Positions 51,724-61,580 of a DNA stretch of 64,000 nucleotides are shown here, piece after piece. The stretch spans positions 1,152,001 to 1,216,000 of the forward strand of contig CAVWLP010000002.1 in assembly GCA_963755915.1 (NCBI GenBank), read 5' to 3'. Both the position numbers and the translations under genes were made by a program. Position 1 is the stretch's first letter. Every line of letters starts with the position of its first letter. The DNA comes from an uncultured Phycisphaerales bacterium. Its GTDB lineage: Bacteria; Planctomycetota; Phycisphaerae; Tepidisphaerales; Tepidisphaeraceae. Below the pieces are notes generated by a model that made no database searches, had not been told where the DNA came from, and saw only the letters and a program-made list of their open reading frames with translations.

Positions 51724-53107
51724 ATGACGCGCGCGACGGGTTTATTGTTGAGGGTAACCTCGGTGGTGTTTGTATTGGCGGCGGGGATTTTCGTCGAGGC
51801 GGCCCAACCATCGACAATCCCATCCACGCGCCCGTCCACGTGCGCCACCAACACCCAACCCGATTATCCCGTTCCCTACGTCATCCCCAAAATCCAGCAG
51901 ATCGAGATGAAGCTGGAGGCGGTGAAGGGGCAGATCGAACTGCGGGCGATGACCACGCTGACGACCCGCCCCAGCACCGAGCGCTCCGACCCGGACTCGC
52001 CGCAGAGATTCGCCCTCATCACCTACCCCATGGGCGTGATCTACAGCGGCATGCTTTCCGCCGCCGATGCCACCGGCGACAAATCGTTCGCCGATTTCGA
52101 TGCCAGGCGCTTTAAGATGTTCGCCGGCGCCATCGCCAGGGCGGATATGTCGCGCCTCGCGCCGGCGCAGCGGAGACATCGTTTCTCTGCTCAGCCCGCG
52201 CAGTCTCGACGATTGCGGCGCGATCGGCGCCGCCCTCGTCCGCGCCCGCCGCGCCGGCGTCGGGCCGGACCTGATGGTTGCGATCGATCACATCGACAAT
52301 TTCATCAGCCACCGCCAGCTTCGCCTCGCCGACGGCACGCTCGCGCGCCCCCGCCCGGAGCGCGATTCGGTCTGGGCCGATGATGCCTACATGAGCGTCC
52401 CATTCCTCGCCGAGATGGGAACGCTCACCGGAGACCAATCTTATTTCACCGATGCCGCGTCCCAGATCCTCCACTTCAAGAAATATCTGTTCGTCGATTC
52501 GGTCGGGCTCTTCACCCATCACTGGAACCTCGACAATCCCGACGATCAGCCGGTTTATTACTGGGGAAGGGCCAATGGCTGGATCATGGTTTCGATGTCC
52601 GATCTGCTGGACGTCATGCCCGCCGACCATCCCATGCGCGCACCAATTCTCCGGCTCTTCCGGGCCCAGGCGAAGTCGCTGGCCAGCCTCCAGGCCGGCG
52701 ACGGAATGTGGCGCCAGATGCTCGACCGCCCCAATACCTACACCGAAACGAGCTGTACCGCGATGTTCACCTACTGCTTCGCCCACGGCGTCAACAAAGG
52801 CTGGCTCGACGTCGCCGCATACGGCCCCGTCGCGCAGGCCGGATGGAATGGGCTGAGCACACGCATCGACGCCGAAGGCCGCATCACCGGCACCTGCGTC
52901 GGGACCGGATATGCGGATGATTACGTCTATTACTACCACCGCCCCCACATCGACGACATCCACGGTTATGGCGCGACTCTGCTCGCGGGATCCGAAATGA
53001 TCCGCATGCTCGAAAACCGCCATATCTGGAAGACACAGTCGCCGGGCGGTCCAATGATGTACCGCAACGGAAATGGCGATGACTCGGATTTCTATGGGAT
53101 GCCGTAG
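51724..53107 (+). CDS. GH105/GH88 unsaturated glycuronyl hydrolase, frameshifted near 52165
   Basis: YPMGVIYSGM, LDDCGAIG, VWADDAYMSVPFL, WGRANGW, ETSCTAMF, CVGTG, DIHGYG. Confidence 0.9.
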
Positions 53108-53141
53108 GGAATCGCCAGCCGCTGGTCCCGTTTTCCCGGCG

Positions 53142-53840
53142 CTACTTCGGATCCTGGGCGTGCGCAAGTGAGATCGGGCGAAGATGCGCCGCGACGCCGT
53201 CCCCAATAAGGCGCTCGATCGTGACGGCATCGGAAACGTCAAACGATCCGATGCGCGTCCGCCGCAGGGCGGTCAGATATCCCCCGGTTTTCAGTTCCTC
53301 GCCCAGGTCGCGGGCCAGGGCGCGGATGTAAGTTCCACGGCCGCAATCGACCCGCAGCTTCAGGTCGGGCCAGGTGTATCCCAGAATTTCAATCGAATCG
53401 ATACGAATGGGCCGAGGAGCCAGATCGAGCGGCTTTCCTCGCCGCGCCGATTTGTAGGCCGGCTGGCCGGAGATTTTCAGGGCGCTGAACGCGGGCGGAC
53501 GCTGGGAAATCTCGCCCACGAATTTTCTCAGCGCGCACTGAACCTCATCCAGCGAACGCGGCGAAGCACTCGGAACCGCCGTTGAGGCCGAATCCGCGTC
53601 ATCCGTGGGGGTTGTCGCCCCCAGCCGAATCGTGGCCTCATAACCCTTGGCGTGGTTCATCATTGTTTCACACCTCTTGGTGGCCCCTCCGACCAAAAGC
53701 AAAAGAACCCCCGTAGCCATCGGATCGAGCGTCCCGGCATGTCCGATCTTTTGCCCGCGCGGCAACAGCCGCTTGACCCGGTTCGCCGCCCCGGCTGAGG
53801 TCAAACCCCCCGGTTTATCCAGAATCAGAATCCCATCCAT
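53142..53840 (-). CDS. truB: tRNA pseudouridine(55) synthase
   Basis: LDKPGGLTS, KIGHAGTLDPMATGVL, QRPPAFSALKISG, CGRGTYIRALARDLG, LRRTRIG. Confidence 0.97.
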   Translation of the reverse strand: MDGILILDKPGGLTSAGAANRVKRLLPRGQKIGHAGTLDPMATGVLLLLVGGATKRCETMMNHAKGYEATIRLGATTPTDDADSASTAVPSASPRSLDEVQCALRKFVGEISQRPPAFSALKISGQPAYKSARRGKPLDLAPRPIRIDSIEILGYTWPDLKLRVDCGRGTYIRALARDLGEELKTGGYLTALRRTRIGSFDVSDAVTIERLIGDGVAAHLRPISLAHAQDPK

Positions 53841-54032
53841 AGATTCACTCCGGCGCGTCTCCCATTAAAATGCGATGCCCCAAAACACGTTTGCAGGCAA
53901 ATGAGTGGGGGTGTTGCGAAAATCCGACCATCACCTTAAGAATTATCATTTCCAACCTGTTGAATCATACCGCATGATTCTTGTTTTTTTGCAACAGATA
54001 AGGATAGTGGCCAAGACAAAAGGGGCTGATTG

Positions 54033-54794
54033 ATGGTTTGGACAAAAAACGAGATTCTGCGGGAGCTGCGCCGTCTCCACAAAAACGGAACCGACCTCTC
54101 CTACAACGGCCTCTCGGCGCGGATGCAATCCCTTGTATCGGCGTCGGCGTACCACTTCGGGTCCTACCGCCGCGCAGTCGAATCGGCAGGGATTGACTAC
54201 GCAGACGTTTTGCGCCGCCCGCGCTGGAGCAAGGCGAGGATTATCGTCCTGATCAAGGCCGCTCGCCGCCGCGGCGAAGAGCTCCACTGGTCCGCCGTCA
54301 CCCATCGCCGCGACGAGCTGGGCAAGGCCGCGTTCGCGGCGCTTCAGCCGCGGCTCTTTGGCAAATGGCACCGGGCGCTCCAGGCCGCCGGCCTCGATGC
54401 CGACGACATCGCCTGCTACCGCCATTGGGACCGCCAATCCATTGCCTACGAGCTGAAATCCCGCGCCCGCGACGGACAGCCCCTCGGCAGCGGCGCCCTG
54501 CAGGAAGAAGACCCCGGCTTGCACGCCGCGGCGGTACGACATTTCGGCGCCTACGACGACGCCCTCCGCGCCGCTCGCCTCGACCCCCTCAAATTCCGCA
54601 AACGCCGAAGTTGGGACAAACCCGAAGTGCTCAAGGCGATCAAGACCGTCTCCCGCAACGGCGCAAGCCTCGCCGACAGCAGCGTCCGCCGCCAGCACCC
54701 GGCGCTCTACGGCGCCGCCATCCGCCTCTTCGGAAAGTTCACCGCCGCCCGAAAAGCCGCCGGTGTCAAATTCAAATCCCGAAAACGACGCTAG
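54033..54794 (+). CDS. basic protein made of four ~62-aa W..(E/I)I...FG.(Y/W/F)..A..AAG repeats (resembles homing-endonuclease-associated repeat)
   Basis: Repeats start WTKNEIL, WSKARII, WDRQSIA, WDKPEVL and end FGSYRRAVESAG, FGKWHRALQAAG, FGAYDDALRAAR, FGKFTAARKAAG. Confidence 0.8.
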   Translation: MVWTKNEILRELRRLHKNGTDLSYNGLSARMQSLVSASAYHFGSYRRAVESAGIDYADVLRRPRWSKARIIVLIKAARRRGEELHWSAVTHRRDELGKAAFAALQPRLFGKWHRALQAAGLDADDIACYRHWDRQSIAYELKSRARDGQPLGSGALQEEDPGLHAAAVRHFGAYDDALRAARLDPLKFRKRRSWDKPEVLKAIKTVSRNGASLADSSVRRQHPALYGAAIRLFGKFTAARKAAGVKFKSRKRR

Positions 54795-54885
54795 AGCATA
54801 AAAGGGGCTGAATCCGCGACCGAAAATCGACCCCCTTTTGCCCCGTTTAGCCGCAACCCCGCAGGGTGCGCGTTCCGTCCCCTGC

Positions 54886-55674
54886 TCACCTCGGTCCGCA
54901 GTTCACGCTGAAATCGGAATATGCAAACGAAAATCCGATGATCACCCCGTCCATTCGCTTTTGCACGTCGGCCGCGCTGGTGATGTTCCCCTCCTCGATG
55001 TCCTGCGCGATCGCCTTGAATCCGTCCTCAAACGACTTGACGTACGCGAGATCGCGTTGCTCGACGGTTTCGTTGGGAACGGGTACGTGCCGAACAACGC
55101 GGAAGGTGATTCTAAAGGTTCGTCCGACGTCGAGTTTCCACTGCCCCGCGATTTTCCTGAAATAAATCGGCGCCCGCGGCCAGGCGACGGAATGGGTTGC
55201 GAAGGGCGCCGGCGGTTTGATCACCAGCGTGTCGCCGCTCAGTCGATAATCGTGCGCACCCAGACGCGCCAGAAGCTCGTCAAACATCGCGGCGGTCGTG
55301 GTGTCGTAGAAGCTGAGCGATAGCGCATGAGCCCCGAATTTCGCCAGGGCGTCGCGCTGAACCCGGTACACCTCCATGTCCATTTCCAGCAGCGGAGGCG
55401 TGAAAAGAACCAGATTCGGATCGGCGTCGGGCCCGAAATAGAGCTGGGCCTGTGCCGCCGAGGGGTCTTCGTTGTCGTAGGCGTCGATGACCGCCTGCAG
55501 CACCTGCTGACAGGCCTGATAATCGCCGTCGCCGGGTAGCGTGGCAGGGGCAGCGGGGGCCGCGACGTCGGCGAAAATCACCGGAGGCGCCTTTGCGACC
55601 GCGACGCTTGCGCTGGCCAAGATGAGCTTGACGCTGAGGACCCAGAAGTTTGGTTGGAGCAGGGCAAAGTGCAT
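54886..55674 (-). CDS. free copy D of the ECF-associated extracytoplasmic domain
   Basis: DYQACQQVLQ, PDADP, PPAPF..H..WP.AP.YF.K...WKLD.GRT, ITSAADVQKR; N-terminus resembles the TM anchor of the ECF fusions. Confidence 0.8.
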   Translation of the reverse strand: MHFALLQPNFWVLSVKLILASASVAVAKAPPVIFADVAAPAAPATLPGDGDYQACQQVLQAVIDAYDNEDPSAAQAQLYFGPDADPNLVLFTPPLLEMDMEVYRVQRDALAKFGAHALSLSFYDTTTAAMFDELLARLGAHDYRLSGDTLVIKPPAPFATHSVAWPRAPIYFRKIAGQWKLDVGRTFRITFRVVRHVPVPNETVEQRDLAYVKSFEDGFKAIAQDIEEGNITSAADVQKRMDGVIIGFSFAYSDFSVNCGPR

Positions 55675-55682
55675 AACGCGAT

Positions 55683-57222
55683 CTAAAGATGATTGCCGGC
55701 GATCGGCATTCGTTTTGGCCGAAAATCAATGCCGAACTGCGAATATTGCTTGAAAAATTCGACGATGACGCCGTCGAGGCGTTTCTGGAGTTCAGGGGCG
55801 CTGGGAATGTTGTCTTGTTCGATGTCGTCGGCGACCCTGTTGTAAGCGGCGGTAAACGCTTTCAGGTAATTCATCGCTGTCTGTTCGCGCGATTCGCCGG
55901 GGTTGGGGATGCGCGGATCGGCGGTCACGATGATTTTGAACGTGCGTCCGGCGTCGAGTTTCCAATCGTTGCCAATCTTGCGGAAATAGAACGGCGCTTT
56001 CGGCCACGCGCCGATATGCGAAAGGAACGGCGCGGGAGGGTTGATGACCAGCGTGTCGCCGGTCCCCTGATAATCGTTGGGACCGATGCGGGCCAGGAGT
56101 TCCTCGAGCTGCACAGCCACCGTATAGCCGTACGTATTGAGGGATACCGCATGGACGCCGAATTTCGCGATCGCATCTTTCTGCACGCGAAACTGGGCAA
56201 TATCGATTTCAAAAAGATCGGGTGCGAACCGAACGAGCTGCGGATCGGCATCGGGGCTCATATAAAGCTGTGCATCAGCAGCTGATGGGTCTTCGTTGTC
56301 GTAGGCATCAATGATCGCTTGGAGAACCTGCTGGCAGGCCTGGTAATCGGCGCCGGCGGGCTGGGTCGCCGGAGCCGCGGTGGGAGTAGCGTCGGCAAGA
56401 ATCACGTGCGACTGCGGCGGCGAAGGGCGCGATTTTCGACGACGACGGTTGCCGCCGCGGCCGCGCATGCCGCGGCCAAAACGAATTTCGCCGCCACGAT
56501 GCAGGCTTTCCCCCGCAACATCGATCGCGAGGCGGTTTTTGCCAGTGTACCCGCCAAACCGCCATGGGCGGCGGCTTTTGTGCCCATTTCCGATGCGGCG
56601 TTGATCAAATGCGCGGGCGCTTTTTCCAGCAGGACCATTCCCGGAACACCCGCCATGACATCTCCGGCGACTTCGATGCCGCGGCGGCCGAGAATCTGCG
56701 CAGCCGCCTCAGCGCCCTGGAAATCCGCTTCGCGGCCGCTTGTGGCGAAACGCCCATCGCCTGCCCGACCGCGAGCATCGGCGCCTCGTCGAAGTAGCGC
56801 ATCAGCAGCGCGTTGCGATCATTTGTGCCCAGGTCTCCCAGTGCCTCATGGAGCTGGCGCGAAACGAGTGGCTGATCCTGCTCGGGTGCGATTTCGCAGC
56901 GCATGGTGGCGGCCTCCCGTTCACGAAGTTTCAACCGAACCTCGGTCCGGTGCGCGTTGCGGCTGATAAAACGCGTGACGTTGAAGAGCCAGCCTTTGAC
57001 ATAGGTTCCCGGTTTTATTTTTTTGGCTTTCTGAGCCAGCAGGAGGAAGACGGCTTGGGCAACGTCTTCGGCGAATTGGCGATCGCCCGCCTGCCGGATC
57101 GCCGACGTGTAAACAAAGTCGATATGCCGCTCAACCAGACGCCGGAACGCCTGCCCATCGCCGGTCGATGCATATGCAGACAGTAGCTCGGAGTCCTGAT
57201 CTACCACGGCTCTATTGTCCAT
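55683..57222 (-). CDS. ECF sigma factor with TM and extracytoplasmic domain (copy C), frameshifts near 56690 and 56427
   Basis: ORFs 56605-57225, 56402-56656 and 55683-56468 align end to end with intact paralog 58119-59660. Confidence 0.85.
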
Positions 57223-57329
57223 CAATCATGCATGTCCGCCAAAAAAGCGGTTTGACAAAAAGTGCCGGGAATTCGAAGATTCGGCCCGTGGACGAGCGAC
57301 GCGCAAGCTTCGGACGGGGCGGTATTTAG

Positions 57330-58118
57330 CTACAAGCCGCCGCCCGAAGGCGCGGTTTGTCTTGGCATTTGGTTGATGGTGATCTGCCGATATTTCATCG
57401 TCAAACCGATGAAGGTCTTGTCGAGGCGTTTCTGAAGGTCGGCGGCGCTGGTGATGTTGTTTTGCTCTACGTCCGCAGCTATCGCACCGTATGCGTCGGT
57501 AACTTCCTTGATCAGGGCAGCCGCGGTCTGCTCGGGGGTTTCGTCCGCGATCGGGATCATCCGGCGGACATCAACGACGAGTTTGTAGGTGCGCCCGGCG
57601 TCCAGCTTCCAATCTGACCCCACCTTTTTGAAATACATCGGCGCCTTTGGCCACGCTTGCGTATGAGAAAGAAATGGGGCCGGTGGGTTTATTGCCAGCG
57701 TATCGCCCACGAGGCTGTAATCCCTCGGACCGATGCGGTTCAGAAGCTCTTCAATGTCTGCAACGCCGTCATCGATATAGTAATTGACTCCGATCGCATG
57801 GGTCGCGAACTTGGCGACGGCATCTTTTTTCAGGCGATACACCGCAATCCCGAGGTTGCCCAGCGATGGCTCCAGACCCACGAACAGCGGATCTGCATCG
57901 GGACCCAGGTAAACCTGCGCCAGGGCGGCCGATGGATCTTCGTTCTCGAAGGCGTCAGCGATCGACTGCAGAACCTGCTGGCACGCCTCATAGTCCGCGT
58001 CGCCGGGCGAGGTCGCCGGTGCGGGCGGGGAAACATCAGCGCGAACCATCGTAGCCGCGCCGCCTGCCAGAGCCCCAGCCAAAACCAATCCCAAGCTCCA
58101 TCGACGTAGAGATTTCAT
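57330..58118 (-). CDS. secreted free copy B of the ECF-associated extracytoplasmic domain
   Basis: Signal peptide MKSLRRWSLGLVLAGALAGGAATMVRA; GGAGG RBS; ATG abuts upstream TAA. Confidence 0.85.
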   Translation of the reverse strand: MKSLRRWSLGLVLAGALAGGAATMVRADVSPPAPATSPGDADYEACQQVLQSIADAFENEDPSAALAQVYLGPDADPLFVGLEPSLGNLGIAVYRLKKDAVAKFATHAIGVNYYIDDGVADIEELLNRIGPRDYSLVGDTLAINPPAPFLSHTQAWPKAPMYFKKVGSDWKLDAGRTYKLVVDVRRMIPIADETPEQTAAALIKEVTDAYGAIAADVEQNNITSAADLQKRLDKTFIGLTMKYRQITINQMPRQTAPSGGGL

Positions 58119-59660
58119 TTAAACGTGGCCTCCTCGACCGGCGGGTTGTTTCGGCTCGATGTCAACGCCGAATTGCGAGTATTTGAAGTGGAAGCCGATC
58201 ACCACCCCGTCGAGTCGTTTCTGCACGTCGGCCGCGCTCGTGATGTTGTTCTGCTCGATCTCTGCCGCCACCGTGTTGTATCCGTCCGTAAACTCCTTCA
58301 CGTAAGCAGCCTCGAGTTGCTCCTGCGTTTCGTTGGCTACGGGAACCCTTCGGCGGATCGTGATAACCTCTTTAAATGTTCGTCCCGCGTCCAGCTTCCA
58401 GTCGGCCCCGATCTTTTTGAAATATACCGGCGCTCTCGGCCAGACACCGTTGTGGGAGAAGAACGGCGCCGGGGGGTTTATTACCAGAGCATCGCCATTG
58501 ATCCTATAGTCGCTCGGGCCAATCCGATCCAAAAGCTCGTCGATCATCAGCGCGACGGTATTTTGGTAGTAGTTGAGCGACAAGGCGCGCGCACCGAACT
58601 TAGCAACCGCATCCTTCTCTACGCCATAAGCCGCAACATCCAGATCCACCAGCGACGGTTCCAGACGCACAAACTGTGGATCCGCGTCGGGACCGACATA
58701 AAGCTGGGCATCGACCGCGGATGGGTCCACGCTGTCGTAGCCATCGACGATCGATTGAAGCACCTGCTGGCAGGCCTGGTATTCGGCATCGGGAGTTGGG
58801 GCCACCGGCGCGGGAACATCGGCGAGAATCACCGGAATATCGCGAGTCGGCGGGCGAGTTTTCTCCACCGCAACGGTTGCGGCCGCGCCGACACAGGCGG
58901 CGGCGAGCGTGAATTTGACGGTGATAAGAGACAGCTTGCCGCGCAGGATTCCACGGGAGGTGCTCTTTACGAGCGTGCCGGCCACACCGCCGTGGGCCAC
59001 CGCGGCCTTTGTTCCCATTTCGCACGCCGCGGCGATTAAATGCGCGGGAGCTTTTTCAATCAGGCCCATGCCCAGGACGCCGCTCATCGCGTCGTCGGCA
59101 ACCTCAATCCCTCGTCTCGCGAGAATCGACCGAAGCCGCCCAACCGCCCGCGAAACCCGCTTGACGGCCGCCGATTCCGAAATCCCCATCGCCTTCCCCA
59201 CCGCCAGCATCGGCATATCCTCAAAAAATCGCATCAGGATCGCCGTCCGGTCCTTCGTCCCCAGCCTCTCCAATGGCTCGTCGAGCACGGGCCGGATTCT
59301 TTCCCACTGCCGGTTTACGGCGGCTTCGGATCGCATCACGGCAGCCTCCCGTTCTCGATTCTTTCGCCGCGCCTCCGCCCGCCACGCATTGCTCGCGGCA
59401 TAGCGCGTGGCAGTAAAAAGCCACCCCTTGATAAACGTCCCGGCTTTAATTTTCGCCCCCTTCTGCGACAGCAGCAGGAAGACCGCCTGCACGACATCCT
59501 CCGCCAGATCGCGATTCCCGACCTGCCGCACGGCGCACGCGTAGACAAAATCAATATGCCGCTCCACCAGCCGCCGAAATGCGACGGCATCGCCGCTGCT
59601 GGCGTAGACCCTCAATAAATCGGCGTCGCTTTCGTCCACGGTGGTGGCGATATTCTCCAT
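58119..59660 (-). CDS. ECF sigma factor with TM and extracytoplasmic domain (copy A)
   Basis: DADLL, AFRRLVERHIDFVY, AEDVVQAVFLLL, GWLF; region 4 DRTAILMRFFE...VSRAVGRLR; linker, TM, ~215-aa domain. Confidence 0.92.
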   Translation of the reverse strand: MENIATTVDESDADLLRVYASSGDAVAFRRLVERHIDFVYACAVRQVGNRDLAEDVVQAVFLLLSQKGAKIKAGTFIKGWLFTATRYAASNAWRAEARRKNREREAAVMRSEAAVNRQWERIRPVLDEPLERLGTKDRTAILMRFFEDMPMLAVGKAMGISESAAVKRVSRAVGRLRSILARRGIEVADDAMSGVLGMGLIEKAPAHLIAAACEMGTKAAVAHGGVAGTLVKSTSRGILRGKLSLITVKFTLAAACVGAAATVAVEKTRPPTRDIPVILADVPAPVAPTPDAEYQACQQVLQSIVDGYDSVDPSAVDAQLYVGPDADPQFVRLEPSLVDLDVAAYGVEKDAVAKFGARALSLNYYQNTVALMIDELLDRIGPSDYRINGDALVINPPAPFFSHNGVWPRAPVYFKKIGADWKLDAGRTFKEVITIRRRVPVANETQEQLEAAYVKEFTDGYNTVAAEIEQNNITSAADVQKRLDGVVIGFHFKYSQFGVDIEPKQPAGRGGHV

Positions 59661-59695
59661 CAACGAAGGATGTGCGCCAAAAGAAGAATGGGACA
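59658..59695 (-). promoter_or_regulatory. putative ECF-dependent promoter TGTC-N18-ACAT-N9-ATG (second copy 57220-57257)
   Basis: TGTC CCATTCTTCTTTTGGCGC ACAT CCTTCGTTG ATG versus TGTC AAACCGCTTTTTTGGCGG ACAT GCATGATTG ATG. Confidence 0.65.
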
Positions 59696-59837
59696 GAATC
59701 TGATTAGGTCGTGCAAGTCGGGCCGATTTCGAAGGTTAAGTAGTGGGATTCCACTCACACCGGCGCAAAATCGTCATCGCAAACCCCGTCACCACCGACG
59801 CCACCAGCACCACCCACCCGATAAGTTCGGAAGCCTT

Positions 59838-59897
59838 CATTCGCTCATTCGGATTTCTGGTTTGATTCGTCATTCGAATTTCTGGTTTCGGATTTCA
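59838..59897. repeat. half copy of the TTTCTGG/TTTCGGA-CATTCG repeat element
   Basis: cattcgctcattcggatttctggtttgattcgtcattcgaatttctggtttcggatttc matches the arms at 22538-22663. Confidence 0.7.
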
Positions 59898-60887
59898 TGC
59901 CCCATACCCCTTCGGATGCTTGCTGAACCAGTTCCACGCCGAGCCGATGATCGCCTCCGGATCTTTGTGTTTCGCCTCCCACCCCAGAAGCTGTTTCGCC
60001 CGCGACGGATCGGCCCACAGCGCAATCGCATCCCCCGCGCGCCGGGGGCCGTAGGTAACGGGCGCTTTTTTCCCCGCCACTTTCTCCGACGTAGCAATAA
60101 TCTCCTTCACCGAAAATCCCCGCCCCGTCCCCAGGTTGCAGTAGATCGGCGAATGCCCATCGAGCTTCTCCATCGCCTTGATGTGTGCGTCCGCCAAATC
60201 GTCCACATGGATATAATCGCGAATATTGGTCCCGTCCGGCGTAGCGTAGTCCGTCCCAAACAGCGTGAGGCCGGGCGCCACTCCAAGGATCGACTGCAAA
60301 ATCAGCGGAATCAAATGCGATTCCGGCCGATGGTCTTCCCCAAGGCTCCCGTCCATCGCGCACCCGCTCGCATTGAAATACCGCAGCGCCGCGAATTTAA
60401 ACTTCGGGTTGGCAACCGCGTTGTCCGCCAAAATTTCCTCCACCATCAGCTTGCTTCTCCCATAAGGAGAAACCGGTGCCTTCTTCTCTTCCTCGGTAAT
60501 CGGCAGCCGATCGGGATTCCCATACGTCGCGCAGGTGCTCGAAAAAACAAACCGATTAACCCCCGCCTCCTTCATCGCCTCCAGCACGTTCACCGTGATC
60601 GCCACATTGTTGCGATAATACATCAGCGGATCCTGCACGCTTTCCCCCACATACGCATACGCCGCGAAATGCATCACCGTATCGATCTGCTCTTTCCGCA
60701 GCGCCGCGATGAGCTGCCCCCGATCCCCAAGATCAGCAAAGATCGCCGGCACCCTCAAAATATCCACCACTTCCCGGTGCCCGCGCGAAAGATTGTCAAA
60801 GATAACCGGACGATGCCCAGCCTCTTTGAGCCGTTTAACCGTATGCGATCCGATATATCCCGCCCCGCCGGCTACGAGAACATTCAT
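59895..60887 (-). CDS. galE: UDP-glucose 4-epimerase
   Basis: GGAGYIGSHT, HFAAYAYVGES, FSSTCATYG, YGRSK, LRYFNA, RDYIHV. Confidence 0.96.
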   Translation of the reverse strand: MNVLVAGGAGYIGSHTVKRLKEAGHRPVIFDNLSRGHREVVDILRVPAIFADLGDRGQLIAALRKEQIDTVMHFAAYAYVGESVQDPLMYYRNNVAITVNVLEAMKEAGVNRFVFSSTCATYGNPDRLPITEEEKKAPVSPYGRSKLMVEEILADNAVANPKFKFAALRYFNASGCAMDGSLGEDHRPESHLIPLILQSILGVAPGLTLFGTDYATPDGTNIRDYIHVDDLADAHIKAMEKLDGHSPIYCNLGTGRGFSVKEIIATSEKVAGKKAPVTYGPRRAGDAIALWADPSRAKQLLGWEAKHKDPEAIIGSAWNWFSKHPKGYGA

Positions 60888-60956
60888 TGTCAGACTCCTT
60901 CATCAGCGAGTATAGAAGAGGTTGCTGGATGGGAAAAGGATAATTAACGGGAGACA

Positions 60957-61580
60957 ATGGTGGATTCCCTTGGCCAGGCGATCGCATGCAAAACCTGCGG
61001 GCAGATGCAATTGGTCATCCCGCTGAAACCCGGAACCGCCGCGCACTGCGTCCGCTGCGGCTCCCGAATCGCCAAACGCACCGCCGGCGGATTGCACATC
61101 ACCGGCGCCCTCGCCCTCGCCGCCATCATCCTCTATATCCCCGCCAACATTTTCCCCATCCTTCTCCTTAACTTCTACGGCGCCACCTCCGAAAACACCG
61201 TCTGGGAAGGCTGCGTCCGTCTCTACCAGGACGGCGACATTGTCATCGCCGTCATCGTATTCCTCGCCAGCATCCTCATCCCCGCTTTGAAGCTCATCGG
61301 CCTTCTCTTCCTCGTCGCCTGCACCAAGCTCAAATTCGATCGCTGGAAAATCCCCCGCACCTGGGTTTACAGATTCATCGATGTCATCGGCCGCTGGGCC
61401 ATGCTCGATGTCTTCGTCCTCGCCATCCTCGTCTCCCTTGTGAAGCTCCAGGGATTGGCCAGCGTCATTCCCGGCAAAGGCCTGTTTGCCTTTTCCCTGG
61501 TGGTGATTTGTACCATTCTCGCCTCTGCCGCCTTTGATCCGCAGTTGATCTGGGAGGAGCCGGAGGAAGAAGAATCATGA
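60957..61580 (+). CDS. pqiA: paraquat-inducible protein A family (single PqiA domain)
   Basis: CKTC/CVRC, LYIPANIFP, ASILIP, IGRWAMLDVF, AFDPQLIW. Confidence 0.9.
   Translation: MVDSLGQAIACKTCGQMQLVIPLKPGTAAHCVRCGSRIAKRTAGGLHITGALALAAIILYIPANIFPILLLNFYGATSENTVWEGCVRLYQDGDIVIAVIVFLASILIPALKLIGLLFLVACTKLKFDRWKIPRTWVYRFIDVIGRWAMLDVFVLAILVSLVKLQGLASVIPGKGLFAFSLVVICTILASAAFDPQLIWEEPEEEES

Noticed and set aside
50393-53107. CE15 + GH105 pair as a new system
   Set aside because: An ordinary uronic-acid polysaccharide degradation pair of known families
54886-59660. Diversity-generating retroelement behind the four domain copies
   Set aside because: No reverse transcriptase, no near-identical template/variable repeat pair, and differences are not confined to adenines
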